Source of the DNA: an uncultured Gemmatimonadaceae bacterium
GTDB lineage: Bacteria; Gemmatimonadota; Gemmatimonadetes; Gemmatimonadales; Gemmatimonadaceae
Reading direction: 5' to 3'
DNA length: 64,000 nucleotides
Assembly: GCA_963781585.1 (NCBI GenBank)
Contig: CAWAGQ010000006.1
Coordinates: 96,001-160,000 of the forward strand
The translations under genes were made by a program, and so were the position numbers. Shown piece after piece: positions 9,536 to 17,757 of this stretch (the stretch's first letter is position 1; the number at the start of each line of letters is the position of its first letter). The notes beneath the pieces are model-generated. The model ran no database searches and was not told the DNA's origin. It saw only the letters and a list, made by a program, of their open reading frames with translations.

Positions 9536-10432
9536 ATGCGGATTCGCCACGAGGCCCCGACGACCCCTCTCCTGCCTGACGAGTGGTATCCGGCGGGAAT
9601 CCAGGGAGTGACGGCGCGGATGGTGGAGATGCCTGGCCACGAGCGCGTGCGGCTGGTGGAAGCGGGGCCGCGCACGGGACGGGGAATCCTGCTGCTCCAC
9701 GGGTGGGGGGCGTCCGCCTACAATTTCCGGCACGTGCTTCCCCTGCTGGCTGCGGCGCAGCTGCGAGGAATTGCCCCCGACCTTCGCGGGCATGGGCTCA
9801 CCGACAAGCCGACCCAACCAGCGCTGTACTCGTCCGCGGAAATGGTCCGGTTCGTCCTCGATGTGATGGACGTGCTGGAACTCGGCACGGTGGTGGTCGT
9901 GGGTCAGTCGATGGCCGGAGCGCTGGCGCTCGACGCCATGCTGGCGGCCCGGAGCCGGTTCGCCGGCGCGGTCCTGCTTGCGCCGATCGGACTCACCAGC
10001 ATCCGTCGGGTTTCCGTCGCGCGTCTCCTTCGCGCCGACCGCTGGCTTCGTGGGCCGGTGTCGCGGATGGCCATCGAACTGCTTCTGCGTCGTGTCTATG
10101 GCACGCTTCGCCCTTTCACCGAGCGGGACGTTGACGAGTATTGGGCGCCATCGCAGCAGCCTGGTTACCTGGCCGCGCTGATGGCCCTGGTGACGCGCTT
10201 CGACTGGTCGCCGCGCGTCCCTGAACCGCTCCATTCGATCGGGGCGAGAGTGCAGATCCTGCTTGGCCAGCGCGACAAGCTGATCCCCGCGCTTCGCGCG
10301 TCCGAAGTTGCACGAAGCGCCGAGGTTGCGTCGGTCGAGATCGTCCCCGGCGCCGGGCACCTCCTCGCCGAGGAGGCGCCGGAATGGGTCGTGCAGGCTG
10401 TTGGCAGAGCGCCGCGCCGAGAGACGGCCTAG
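9536..10432 (+). CDS. Alpha/beta fold hydrolase
   Basis: LLHGWG, PDLRGHG, GQSMAG nucleophile elbow, GAGHLLAEE. Confidence 0.9.
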   Translation: MRIRHEAPTTPLLPDEWYPAGIQGVTARMVEMPGHERVRLVEAGPRTGRGILLLHGWGASAYNFRHVLPLLAAAQLRGIAPDLRGHGLTDKPTQPALYSSAEMVRFVLDVMDVLELGTVVVVGQSMAGALALDAMLAARSRFAGAVLLAPIGLTSIRRVSVARLLRADRWLRGPVSRMAIELLLRRVYGTLRPFTERDVDEYWAPSQQPGYLAALMALVTRFDWSPRVPEPLHSIGARVQILLGQRDKLIPALRASEVARSAEVASVEIVPGAGHLLAEEAPEWVVQAVGRAPRRETA

Positions 10433-11862
10433 CGCGCCACCGTTGTCGCGTTCAATACCGTGACAGGTCCGAGATGCAGGGCTTCGATGTCGCTCCGCAC
10501 TCTGGACAAGTCGCCCACGACGACAACCGTCGCCGCATCCGGCCTCAGATACTCCCGTGCGACACGCTGGACGTCGGCCGCGGTCACCTCGCGCACGCCG
10601 GCCGCGAATCGCGGGATTTCGTCGAGTGTGAGTCCGAAGTCGCCCAACGATGCGATCTGCGAGGCAACTTGCGAGGTGGACTCGAGTCCCGTCGGCAGGC
10701 GAAGCTGGACATAAGCTTTGGCGCGGGCCAGCTCGTCCTCGGGCACCGGCACATCGCGAACCGCCCGGAGCTCCTTGAAGAACTCCACCAGGGAACTGTC
10801 GGTAACATTCGTCCGTACCGATGCCGACGCGGTGAAGGGACCGGGCACCACCCGGTATGCAAATCGCGAATTGGCGCCGTAGGTGAAACCCCTCTTCTCG
10901 CGCAGGTTCATGTTCAGGCGCGACGTGAACGCGCCCCCGAGCAGCGAGTTCATCACCGTGAGGGCTGCGTAATCGGGGGAACGGCGATCCGCACCGGTCC
11001 ATCCGATGATGATCACGCTCTGAGCGGCGTCGGGCTTGTCAACCAGAAGGACGTGCGTCGACGAACCGGGCGGGACGGCTGGCACTGGCGCCGGTGGCGC
11101 GGCCGCACCACGGGCGCGCCAGTCCGCGAAACGCGCCTCGATTAGGGACCGTGCCTTCGCCTCCGTGATATCGCCCACGACGATCATCCGTGCGTGATCC
11201 GGGCGCATGACGCGGGCATAGAACTGCTCGACGCGCGCTGAATCGAACGAAGCCACGGAGGCGCTGTCGCCCTGCGTACTCTGGTGATACGGATGGTCCG
11301 CGGGATAGAGCGTCTGGTTGAACGCGAGATCGGCCAGCGCATTCGGCGAGTCGCGTTGCTGAAGCAGGCCCGTCAGGCGCAGGGCGCGCTGTCGTTCCAC
11401 TTCGGCAGCCTGGAAGGTGGGTCGCAGGACCACATCCCCCATGAGATCCAGCGCGGCTTCCAGCGAGCGCGCCGGCACCTTGAGGCTGATGGTGAAATCG
11501 TCCCAGTCCGCTCCCGTAAAGAAGCTGGCGCCCAGGAAGGCGAATTCGCTCTGCAGGGTCGCTGCATCTCGCGTCCCCGCTCCCTGCCGCATCATGTTGG
11601 CGGTGAATGAGGCGAGGCCTGGGGCATCGCCATCGAGTCGTGATCCCCCCTGCACGACGAGGAGAACCTGTACCAGCGGCAGTTCGTGTTGTTCTACGAC
11701 TTCGAGCTGCAGTCCGCTCGGCATGGTCCGGGTTCGCACCGTCGGCACGGCGAGCCGCGGAGGTGGTGGCAGGACCGGTGGAGTCGGATGCGCGGAAGCC
11801 TGGGCGCGCAGGAGGGTGGGCGCGAGCACGACTGCGGTGACGAGTTGCGGGCGGAATCGCAT
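10429..11862 (-). CDS. M16 (pitrilysin) family peptidase, non-catalytic subunit, exported
   Basis: No HxxEH (GLASFTANMM instead); SRLNMNLREKRGFTYG motif; signal peptide MRFRPQLVTAVVLA. The longer ORF extension overlaps the partner gene. Confidence 0.9.
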   Translation of the reverse strand: MRFRPQLVTAVVLAPTLLRAQASAHPTPPVLPPPPRLAVPTVRTRTMPSGLQLEVVEQHELPLVQVLLVVQGGSRLDGDAPGLASFTANMMRQGAGTRDAATLQSEFAFLGASFFTGADWDDFTISLKVPARSLEAALDLMGDVVLRPTFQAAEVERQRALRLTGLLQQRDSPNALADLAFNQTLYPADHPYHQSTQGDSASVASFDSARVEQFYARVMRPDHARMIVVGDITEAKARSLIEARFADWRARGAAAPPAPVPAVPPGSSTHVLLVDKPDAAQSVIIIGWTGADRRSPDYAALTVMNSLLGGAFTSRLNMNLREKRGFTYGANSRFAYRVVPGPFTASASVRTNVTDSSLVEFFKELRAVRDVPVPEDELARAKAYVQLRLPTGLESTSQVASQIASLGDFGLTLDEIPRFAAGVREVTAADVQRVAREYLRPDAATVVVVGDLSRVRSDIEALHLGPVTVLNATTVAR

Positions 11863-11864
11863 GG

Positions 11865-13229
11865 TCACTGGATGGTCCCCCGGGTTGCCGCCAGGTCCCG
11901 CTTTCCAAGCGGCACAATGCTGAGCGTGACTCGCGGTTTGAGCAGGTAGGTCTGCACGACGCGCTTCACGTCGGCGGCGGAAACGGCCCGCAGCCGGTCG
12001 AGCTCCGCCTGAAATCCGTCGGGCTTGCCGGTGAAGTAGTAATAGGCGTTGAGCTGCTCCGCCTTTCCGTTCACCGACTCCAGGCGATTGAGAAACGATG
12101 CTTCCCTCGAGTTCTTCGCCTGCTCGAGTTCGCGCGAGGTTGGTCCGTCGTCGGCGAGTCTGCGAAGCTCGCGATCGATCGCAGTGCGGAGGGAATCGAG
12201 CACCTGACCAGGGCGCGCTGTGGCGATGACATAGAAGTCGCCGTCGAGCCGTTTGGAGTCGTTCCCGGCAACAACGTCGCGCGCGATTTCCCGCTGATAG
12301 ACGAGGCTGTTCGTGAGGCGCGAATTCCGGGCTCCGGTGAGAAGATACTCCACGATGTCGAGCGCGGGGTCGTCCTCGCTGTATGCCCTGATGGTGTGCC
12401 ACGCCAAATAGATGCGCGGAAGCTGCACGCGGTCCTCGGCCACGATGTTCGTGTCGCGCAGGGCGAACGGAGCGGGAGCGGGGCGCGTGATTGCCGGGCC
12501 TCGCGGGATACCGGAGAAGTACGCCGTCACCAGACGTCGCACCGAATCGGCCCTGACGTCGCCCGAGACAACGATGGACGCGTCGTTCGGCGCATAGTAC
12601 CGGCGGAAGAACGCCTTCACGTCGTCCAACGATGCCGCGGAAAGATCGGTCATCGAGCCGATCGCCGGCCACGAGTACGGATGGTCCTTCGGGTAGATGG
12701 CTCCGGGGAGTATGTCCGTGTCAACTCCATACGGGGCGTTGTCCACACGTTGCCGTCGCTCGTTCTTCACCACGTCGCGCTGGAGGTCGACCTTCGGTGC
12801 GTCCATCGTCGAGAGCAGCCAGCCCATCCGGTCAGCTTCGAGCCAGAGCATCATCGCCAGCGCGCTCGACGGCCCCCATTCGTAGTACGAGGTCCGATCC
12901 TCACTTGTGGTGCCGTTGTTGCTCGCGCCCGCCGCCTCCAGCAACCGATCGAACTGGGGATATGGCGCGTGCTCGGAACCCATGAACATGAGGTGTTCGA
13001 ACAAGTGCGCGAACCCGGTGCGCCCCGGTTTCTCATCACCCGATCCCACGTGGAACCACACGTTCGTCGCCACCATCGGGACCGAGTGGTCCTCGTTCAC
13101 GATCAACGTGAGTCCGTTGGGAAGCGTGTCGACGGTCACCGGCACGCGAATGCGGGTTCCCTGCGCCCCGGCGAGCGATGCAACGAGAGCGAGCAGCATC
13201 CCGCTTGAGACTGTCGTGCGAACGTTCAT
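11865..13229 (-). CDS. M16 family zinc peptidase, catalytic subunit, exported
   Basis: GFAHLFEHLMF (HxxEH), NGTT, VVKNERR; signal peptide. Confidence 0.93.
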   Translation of the reverse strand: MNVRTTVSSGMLLALVASLAGAQGTRIRVPVTVDTLPNGLTLIVNEDHSVPMVATNVWFHVGSGDEKPGRTGFAHLFEHLMFMGSEHAPYPQFDRLLEAAGASNNGTTSEDRTSYYEWGPSSALAMMLWLEADRMGWLLSTMDAPKVDLQRDVVKNERRQRVDNAPYGVDTDILPGAIYPKDHPYSWPAIGSMTDLSAASLDDVKAFFRRYYAPNDASIVVSGDVRADSVRRLVTAYFSGIPRGPAITRPAPAPFALRDTNIVAEDRVQLPRIYLAWHTIRAYSEDDPALDIVEYLLTGARNSRLTNSLVYQREIARDVVAGNDSKRLDGDFYVIATARPGQVLDSLRTAIDRELRRLADDGPTSRELEQAKNSREASFLNRLESVNGKAEQLNAYYYFTGKPDGFQAELDRLRAVSAADVKRVVQTYLLKPRVTLSIVPLGKRDLAATRGTIQ

Positions 13230-13407
13230 CGCGTTTCCTCACATGGACGGTCGGGTACCTGTGTCAGGCGCTCCCGGAAAATGGTACGTCGGGCCGGGAA
13301 GTGCCGGAACCCGCGCCCGCCGCCCAAGGGACGAACCCATTACGTTTCGTCAATGTATTCGTGCGTGACGTCATCACGCCGGAAGTCGTGACGCTTTCCC
13401 GAACCGC

Positions 13408-14616
13408 ATGAACGTACTCGAAACGCCTACATCTGGTTTCCTTTCTACCGCCGTCGATGAGGCTGGTACCGAAGCGCCGTCCTTTTCGTTCGATGACCTC
13501 GGCTTGGGCCCGGAGCTGTTGCGGGCCGTGCGTGATGCCGGCTACACGGAGCCGACCCCGATCCAGCGCGACGCCATCCCGCTCGTGATGGCCGGACGGG
13601 ACGTCATTGGCCTGGCACAAACGGGTACTGGAAAGACCGCGGCCTTCACGCTCCCGATAGCCCAACGCCTTTCGCGTGGACCGAGCCGCATACGGACGCT
13701 GGTTCTCACGCCGACGCGGGAACTTTGTCAACAAGTGGAGCGGAGCTTCAAGGCCTACGCCAGCCATACCAATCTGCGCATCTCTTCCATATATGGCGGG
13801 GTTCCCATGGGTCCGCAGGAACGCGCCCTGCAGGCGGGTCTGGATGTGGTCGTTGCCACGCCGGGACGCCTGATCGACCATATCGAGCGACGCAACGTGT
13901 CACTGGAGTACCTCGAGATCCTGGTGCTGGACGAAGCCGATCGGATGCTCGACATGGGCTTTGCTCCGCAGATCAACCGGATTGTGGCGGCCATTCCTCC
14001 GTATCGTCAAACCCTGCTGTTCAGTGCGACCATGCCTCCCGAAGTGGAGGTGCTCGCCAGAAAGTACATGCGTCGGCCGGTTGTGGTGCAGGTAGGACGC
14101 CGATCCATGGCGGCCACCACCGTGAGCCATGCGGTGTACCCCGTGCGGCGTGACCGGAAGAGCGACCTCCTTGTCGAATTGCTCAACAAGCCGGAGATGG
14201 ACGCCGTCCTGGTATTCACGCGAACGAAGATCGGCGCCGACCGGGTAGTCAGACACCTTCACCGCGCCGGGGTCGAGGCGACCGCGTTGCATGCAGACAA
14301 GCGGCAGGCGGAACGCGACCGGGCGCTTGACGATTTCAAGCAGGGTCGGATCCGTGTTCTGGTGGCGACCGACATCGCGCAGCGCGGCCTGGATATCAGC
14401 GGCATCTCGCACGTGATCAACTACGACGTGCCACAGCAGGTCGAAGACTACGTACATCGGATTGGCCGCACCGGGCGAGCTGCCCAGACCGGTGATGCCT
14501 ATACCTTCATGGCACCGGACGAGATCGCCATGGTACGACTGATCGAGCGGGTGATCGGCCAGGAGATCGAGCGCGTTTCGGTTCCGGGGTTCGATTTCGG
14601 GACCATCGCCGAATAG
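13408..14616 (+). CDS. rhlE: DEAD-box RNA helicase (RhlE-like)
   Basis: Q motif (PTPIQ), AQTGTGKT, PTREL, TPGR, DEAD, SAT, HRIGRTGR. Confidence 0.9.
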   Translation: MNVLETPTSGFLSTAVDEAGTEAPSFSFDDLGLGPELLRAVRDAGYTEPTPIQRDAIPLVMAGRDVIGLAQTGTGKTAAFTLPIAQRLSRGPSRIRTLVLTPTRELCQQVERSFKAYASHTNLRISSIYGGVPMGPQERALQAGLDVVVATPGRLIDHIERRNVSLEYLEILVLDEADRMLDMGFAPQINRIVAAIPPYRQTLLFSATMPPEVEVLARKYMRRPVVVQVGRRSMAATTVSHAVYPVRRDRKSDLLVELLNKPEMDAVLVFTRTKIGADRVVRHLHRAGVEATALHADKRQAERDRALDDFKQGRIRVLVATDIAQRGLDISGISHVINYDVPQQVEDYVHRIGRTGRAAQTGDAYTFMAPDEIAMVRLIERVIGQEIERVSVPGFDFGTIAE

Positions 14617-14704
14617 TCGAACCCGGGTCGCTCGCGGTCGGACTGTCGTGGCGCGGTTGTCTGGTTGGTCTGTCGCGCCGCCGTCATTGCCTGACGGCAC
14701 GATG

Positions 14705-15124
14705 CTATCGACGGACGCGCCCCAGTCTGGACACCGTGATGGTGTCGGCGGCTCCTCCCTTTGACACGATCAGTCGAGTGTTGGCCGCTCCAAATCCCAT
14801 GCCATTGGGAGCGTACGCGATGGAGTCGCGCGTTGCGGCGAGGCGCACGCCATGCACGACACCCAGCGGCCGGCGCGCTATGGTGTCCGGCCCCGCGAAC
14901 ACCGTGAGGGTGGCGGTGGTCGAGTCGGCGGTGACGGCGGTAGTGAGTCCGCGACGGATGGCGGCATGCCGCGCGGTCGAGAGCAACGCCACGACCGATG
15001 CCGCGGCCGCGTCAGTGGCAACGCGGTCGCGGAGGGCGGCGAACCGCGGCACAGCGATGACGGTCATGAGGCCGATCACCGAGAGTGCCACTCCAAGCTC
15101 TAGCAATGTTGTACCGCGTCGCAT
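14705..15124 (-). CDS. FimT/GspH-like minor pilin or pseudopilin
   Basis: Prepilin peptidase site RRG|TTLLEL plus a hydrophobic helix; C-terminal ITVSRLGRVR typical of FimT/GspH. Confidence 0.85.
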   Translation of the reverse strand: MRRGTTLLELGVALSVIGLMTVIAVPRFAALRDRVATDAAAASVVALLSTARHAAIRRGLTTAVTADSTTATLTVFAGPDTIARRPLGVVHGVRLAATRDSIAYAPNGMGFGAANTRLIVSKGGAADTITVSRLGRVRR

Positions 15125-15322
15125 GATGTCGCTCCGAGGGGGGCGGCCAAGATGCCACGGCTGGCCGCCGCGAGCGACATCATCAAAGCGCACGCGGTAC
15201 CTTGAGCACGCAAGGCTGACGCCCTCCCGTAGGGCGGGCTCCCGCCGGGCACGCCTGGCGGGTATCCTCTGAAGGGGCCGAAGGCGAAAGGCCCTGGTTC
15301 GACGTCGCCAACACACCCCATC

Positions 15323-15559
15323 ATGCGCATACGTCCGGCAGTTCCGCTCCTCGTACTCGTGGCGTGGTCGTGCCTGCCCTCGAAACAGGACGTGGACTCG
15401 GCGCAGGCGATCATCGAAATCGGTGACGCACTGAACGACATACGGCAGACTCAGTCAGACCTCCAGGAGCAGATCGACTCGCTGCGTGTCGAGGTCGCAA
15501 AGCGCGATTCTGTTGTCCGGCAGTTGGCGAACCTGGCGGGTGTGGTAATACCACCCTGA
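15323..15559 (+). CDS. Small putative lipoprotein with coiled coil
   Basis: Lipobox-like LVAWSC; heptad-rich LNDIRQTQSDLQEQIDSLRVEV. Confidence 0.65.
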   Translation: MRIRPAVPLLVLVAWSCLPSKQDVDSAQAIIEIGDALNDIRQTQSDLQEQIDSLRVEVAKRDSVVRQLANLAGVVIPP

Positions 15560-15606
15560 GAAATAGGTTTCTCTCGACAGGTGTTCACCTTCGTCAACGC
15601 GTGGCC

Positions 15607-15843
15607 ATGCACATAACCATCCGCTATTGCGTCGTCTGACACTACGAACCACGGGCCACCAGTTTGGCGGCCGAGATTCGCGAACGGTATCCCGACGCCA
15701 GGGTCGATCTGTTCGAAGGAAGTGGCGGTGTCTTCGAGGTGACCCGCGACGGCGTGCTGATCTTCTCGAAACGGGAACTGCGTCGTCACGCGGTCCCCGG
15801 CGAGGTGATGGCGCTCCTGGCTTCGGGCGGCTCGGCGAATTGA
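15607..15843 (+). CDS. SelW/SelT/SelH-like (Rdx family) selenoprotein, CxxU
   Basis: Manual translation MHITIRYCVV(U)HYEPRATSLAAEIRERYPDARVDLFEGSGGVFEVTRDGVLIFSKRELRRHAVPGEVMALLASGGSAN*; in-frame TGA at 15637-15639 in the CxxC/U position; Rdx GxFEV...IFSK motif. Confidence 0.88.
15652..15673 (+). promoter_or_regulatory. Candidate bacterial SECIS element
   Basis: GGCC-A-CCA-GTT-TGG-C-GGCC hairpin starting about 14 nt after the UGA, with a G-initiated apical loop. Confidence 0.6.
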
Positions 15844-15922
15844 CGCGACGCGGCGCCGGGTTCAGAGCGGATCTGCCTCGCGCGGGGCGCCCGCCGCACA
15901 TGGTCCGAAGGATCTGAGTCCG

Positions 15923-17002
15923 ATGCGTATCGCGATCTCGACCGGCGGCGGCGACGCGCCCGGACTCAACGCGGTGATTCGCGCGGCCGCCCTCTCTGCC
16001 ATCAGCCGCGGCTGGGAGGTCCTCGGGATCTGTCGCGGATACTACGGCCTCCTGGGCGAGGACGAGATCATACCGCTGACGCGCGAACGGGTGCGTGGCA
16101 TCGCGCATCTCGGCGGTACCATCCTCCGAACGACCAATCGTGGCAACCCGTTCCTCTTTCCCGTCCGACAGGCCGATGGCACGCATCGATCGGTCGACCG
16201 CTCGGACGACATCCTCAGCAACGCACGCGGGCTCGGTATCGAGGCGCTGATCTCCATTGGTGGGGATGGATCGTTGGCGATTGCGCAGCGGCTTTTCGAA
16301 AAGGGGATGCACGTGGTTGGCGTGCCCAAGACGATCGATAACGACGTGAGCGGTACGATCACGACTTTCGGATTCGACACCGCGGTCAACACCGCGATCG
16401 AAGCGATCGACAAGCTTCACACCACCGCCGAGAGTCACGACCGCGTGATCGTGATGGAGGTCATGGGTCGGAATGCGGGATTCATCGCGTTGCACGCGGG
16501 TGTGGCGGGAACGGCGGACGTCATCCTCATTCCCGAGATCCCCTATCAGATAGAGAGTGTCTGCGACAAGATCTGGTCCCGGGATCGCAGTGGACGGCAC
16601 TTTTCGATCGTGGTTGTAGCAGAGGGAGCCTTCCCGGTGGGCGGGCAGGCGGCCCTTGTGGGAGACGAGGTGCCCGGAGAGGAGCGCCGCGTGGGAGGTA
16701 TCGCGGGCCGCATTGCGTGGGAGATTCAGGAACGAACCGGGAAGGAGGCGCGTTCGCTGGTCCTGGGCCACCTGCAGCGCGGTGGACCGCCCACGGGTTA
16801 CGATCGGTTGCTGGCCACCCGCTTCGGTGGTGCGGCGGTGGAGGCGGTCGAACTGGAGCAGTGGGGGTTCATGGTGGCACTGCAGTCGCCACATATCGTC
16901 GCCATTCCCATCGCGGAGGCGATTCGCGAGCCGAAACGCGTGGATCCGCAGCACGATGTGGTGCGCACCGCTCGGGCGACGGGGATCTCGTTTGGCGACT
17001 GA
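15923..17002 (+). CDS. pfkA: 6-phosphofructokinase
   Basis: TGGGDAPGLNA, GGTILRT, GGDGS, PKTIDND, EVMGR, LGHLQRGG. Confidence 0.93.
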   Translation: MRIAISTGGGDAPGLNAVIRAAALSAISRGWEVLGICRGYYGLLGEDEIIPLTRERVRGIAHLGGTILRTTNRGNPFLFPVRQADGTHRSVDRSDDILSNARGLGIEALISIGGDGSLAIAQRLFEKGMHVVGVPKTIDNDVSGTITTFGFDTAVNTAIEAIDKLHTTAESHDRVIVMEVMGRNAGFIALHAGVAGTADVILIPEIPYQIESVCDKIWSRDRSGRHFSIVVVAEGAFPVGGQAALVGDEVPGEERRVGGIAGRIAWEIQERTGKEARSLVLGHLQRGGPPTGYDRLLATRFGGAAVEAVELEQWGFMVALQSPHIVAIPIAEAIREPKRVDPQHDVVRTARATGISFGD

Positions 17003-17284
17003 GGACCCTCGTCGCGGCTGTGTCGGGTTCCCGGGACGCGGAGCGAGGACCCCAGCCCGAGAGCCGGTGTACAGCCGAACGAGCCCGAGGACGGGTGTCC
17101 TGCTTGACCGATCGCACTGTCCCCCGGTGCGGACGTCCTCGGGCTCGACCTTTTTCCCCGCCTGTCTGGAAGTAACTGCCGCCACTATGTTTGCAGCGCG
17201 ACGGCCGGGGATCAGGGATCGGCACCGATCGTGCGGAACCAGAAGCGCCGGTATTCTCAGTCGATGGGTCGCTGGAGCAAGCCG

Positions 17285-17668
17285 ATGCCGCACCGAATAC
17301 TGAAGATCGCGAGCAGCGCCGGAGTTTTCTGGTTGGCGGTCCCCGCCGCGGTCGCGCAGAAACCTGTGCCCAAGCCGCTCGTGCCGACGCCACCGCCGTC
17401 AAAGGTGGAGATTCCCCGCGACTTCCGGCCGCCTCAGGGCATGTGCCGGGTCTGGATCGACAAGGTGCCGGCCGGTCAGCAGCCCGCGCCCACGGACTGC
17501 GCCAGCGCGATTCGCAACCGGCCGCCTAACGCGCGGGTGATATTCAGCGAGGATTCGCTGCGGCGTGTCAGGTCGAGGGGGCGGGATAGCGTGCAGGACG
17601 GCAAGGCAGCCGCGCGCAAGCCCGACCGCAAACCGGTGAAGAAGCCTCCCGAGCCGCCGGGATCCTGA
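17285..17668 (+). CDS. Hypothetical exported proline-rich protein (CRVW...PTDC motif)
   Basis: Signal-like AGVFWLAVPAAVAQ; PPQGMCRVWIDKVPAGQQPAPTDC. Confidence 0.65.
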   Translation: MPHRILKIASSAGVFWLAVPAAVAQKPVPKPLVPTPPPSKVEIPRDFRPPQGMCRVWIDKVPAGQQPAPTDCASAIRNRPPNARVIFSEDSLRRVRSRGRDSVQDGKAAARKPDRKPVKKPPEPPGS

Positions 17669-17701
17669 AAGGCGGCGCCCCATTTCCGGACTCCCAGGAC
17701 G

Positions 17702-17733
17702 CGCCGGCGCGAGCATCGAGACTCGCGCCGGCG
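17702..17733. terminator. 12-bp GC-rich stem-loop (terminator or REP-like)
   Basis: CGCCGGCGCGAG-8nt-CTCGCGCCGGCG perfect inverted repeat between genes. Confidence 0.45.
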
Positions 17734-17757
17734 GGTTCGTCTGCGCACCTTGGGATC

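Noticed and set aside
11863..12672. N-terminal extension of the 747-aa ORF 10429-12672
   Set aside because: Overlaps the catalytic M16 gene in another frame; the signal peptide and homology begin at ATG 11862.
15180..15320. tRNA-Sec near the selenoprotein gene
   Set aside because: No cloverleaf with a UCA anticodon could be built despite a GGTTCGA-like word.
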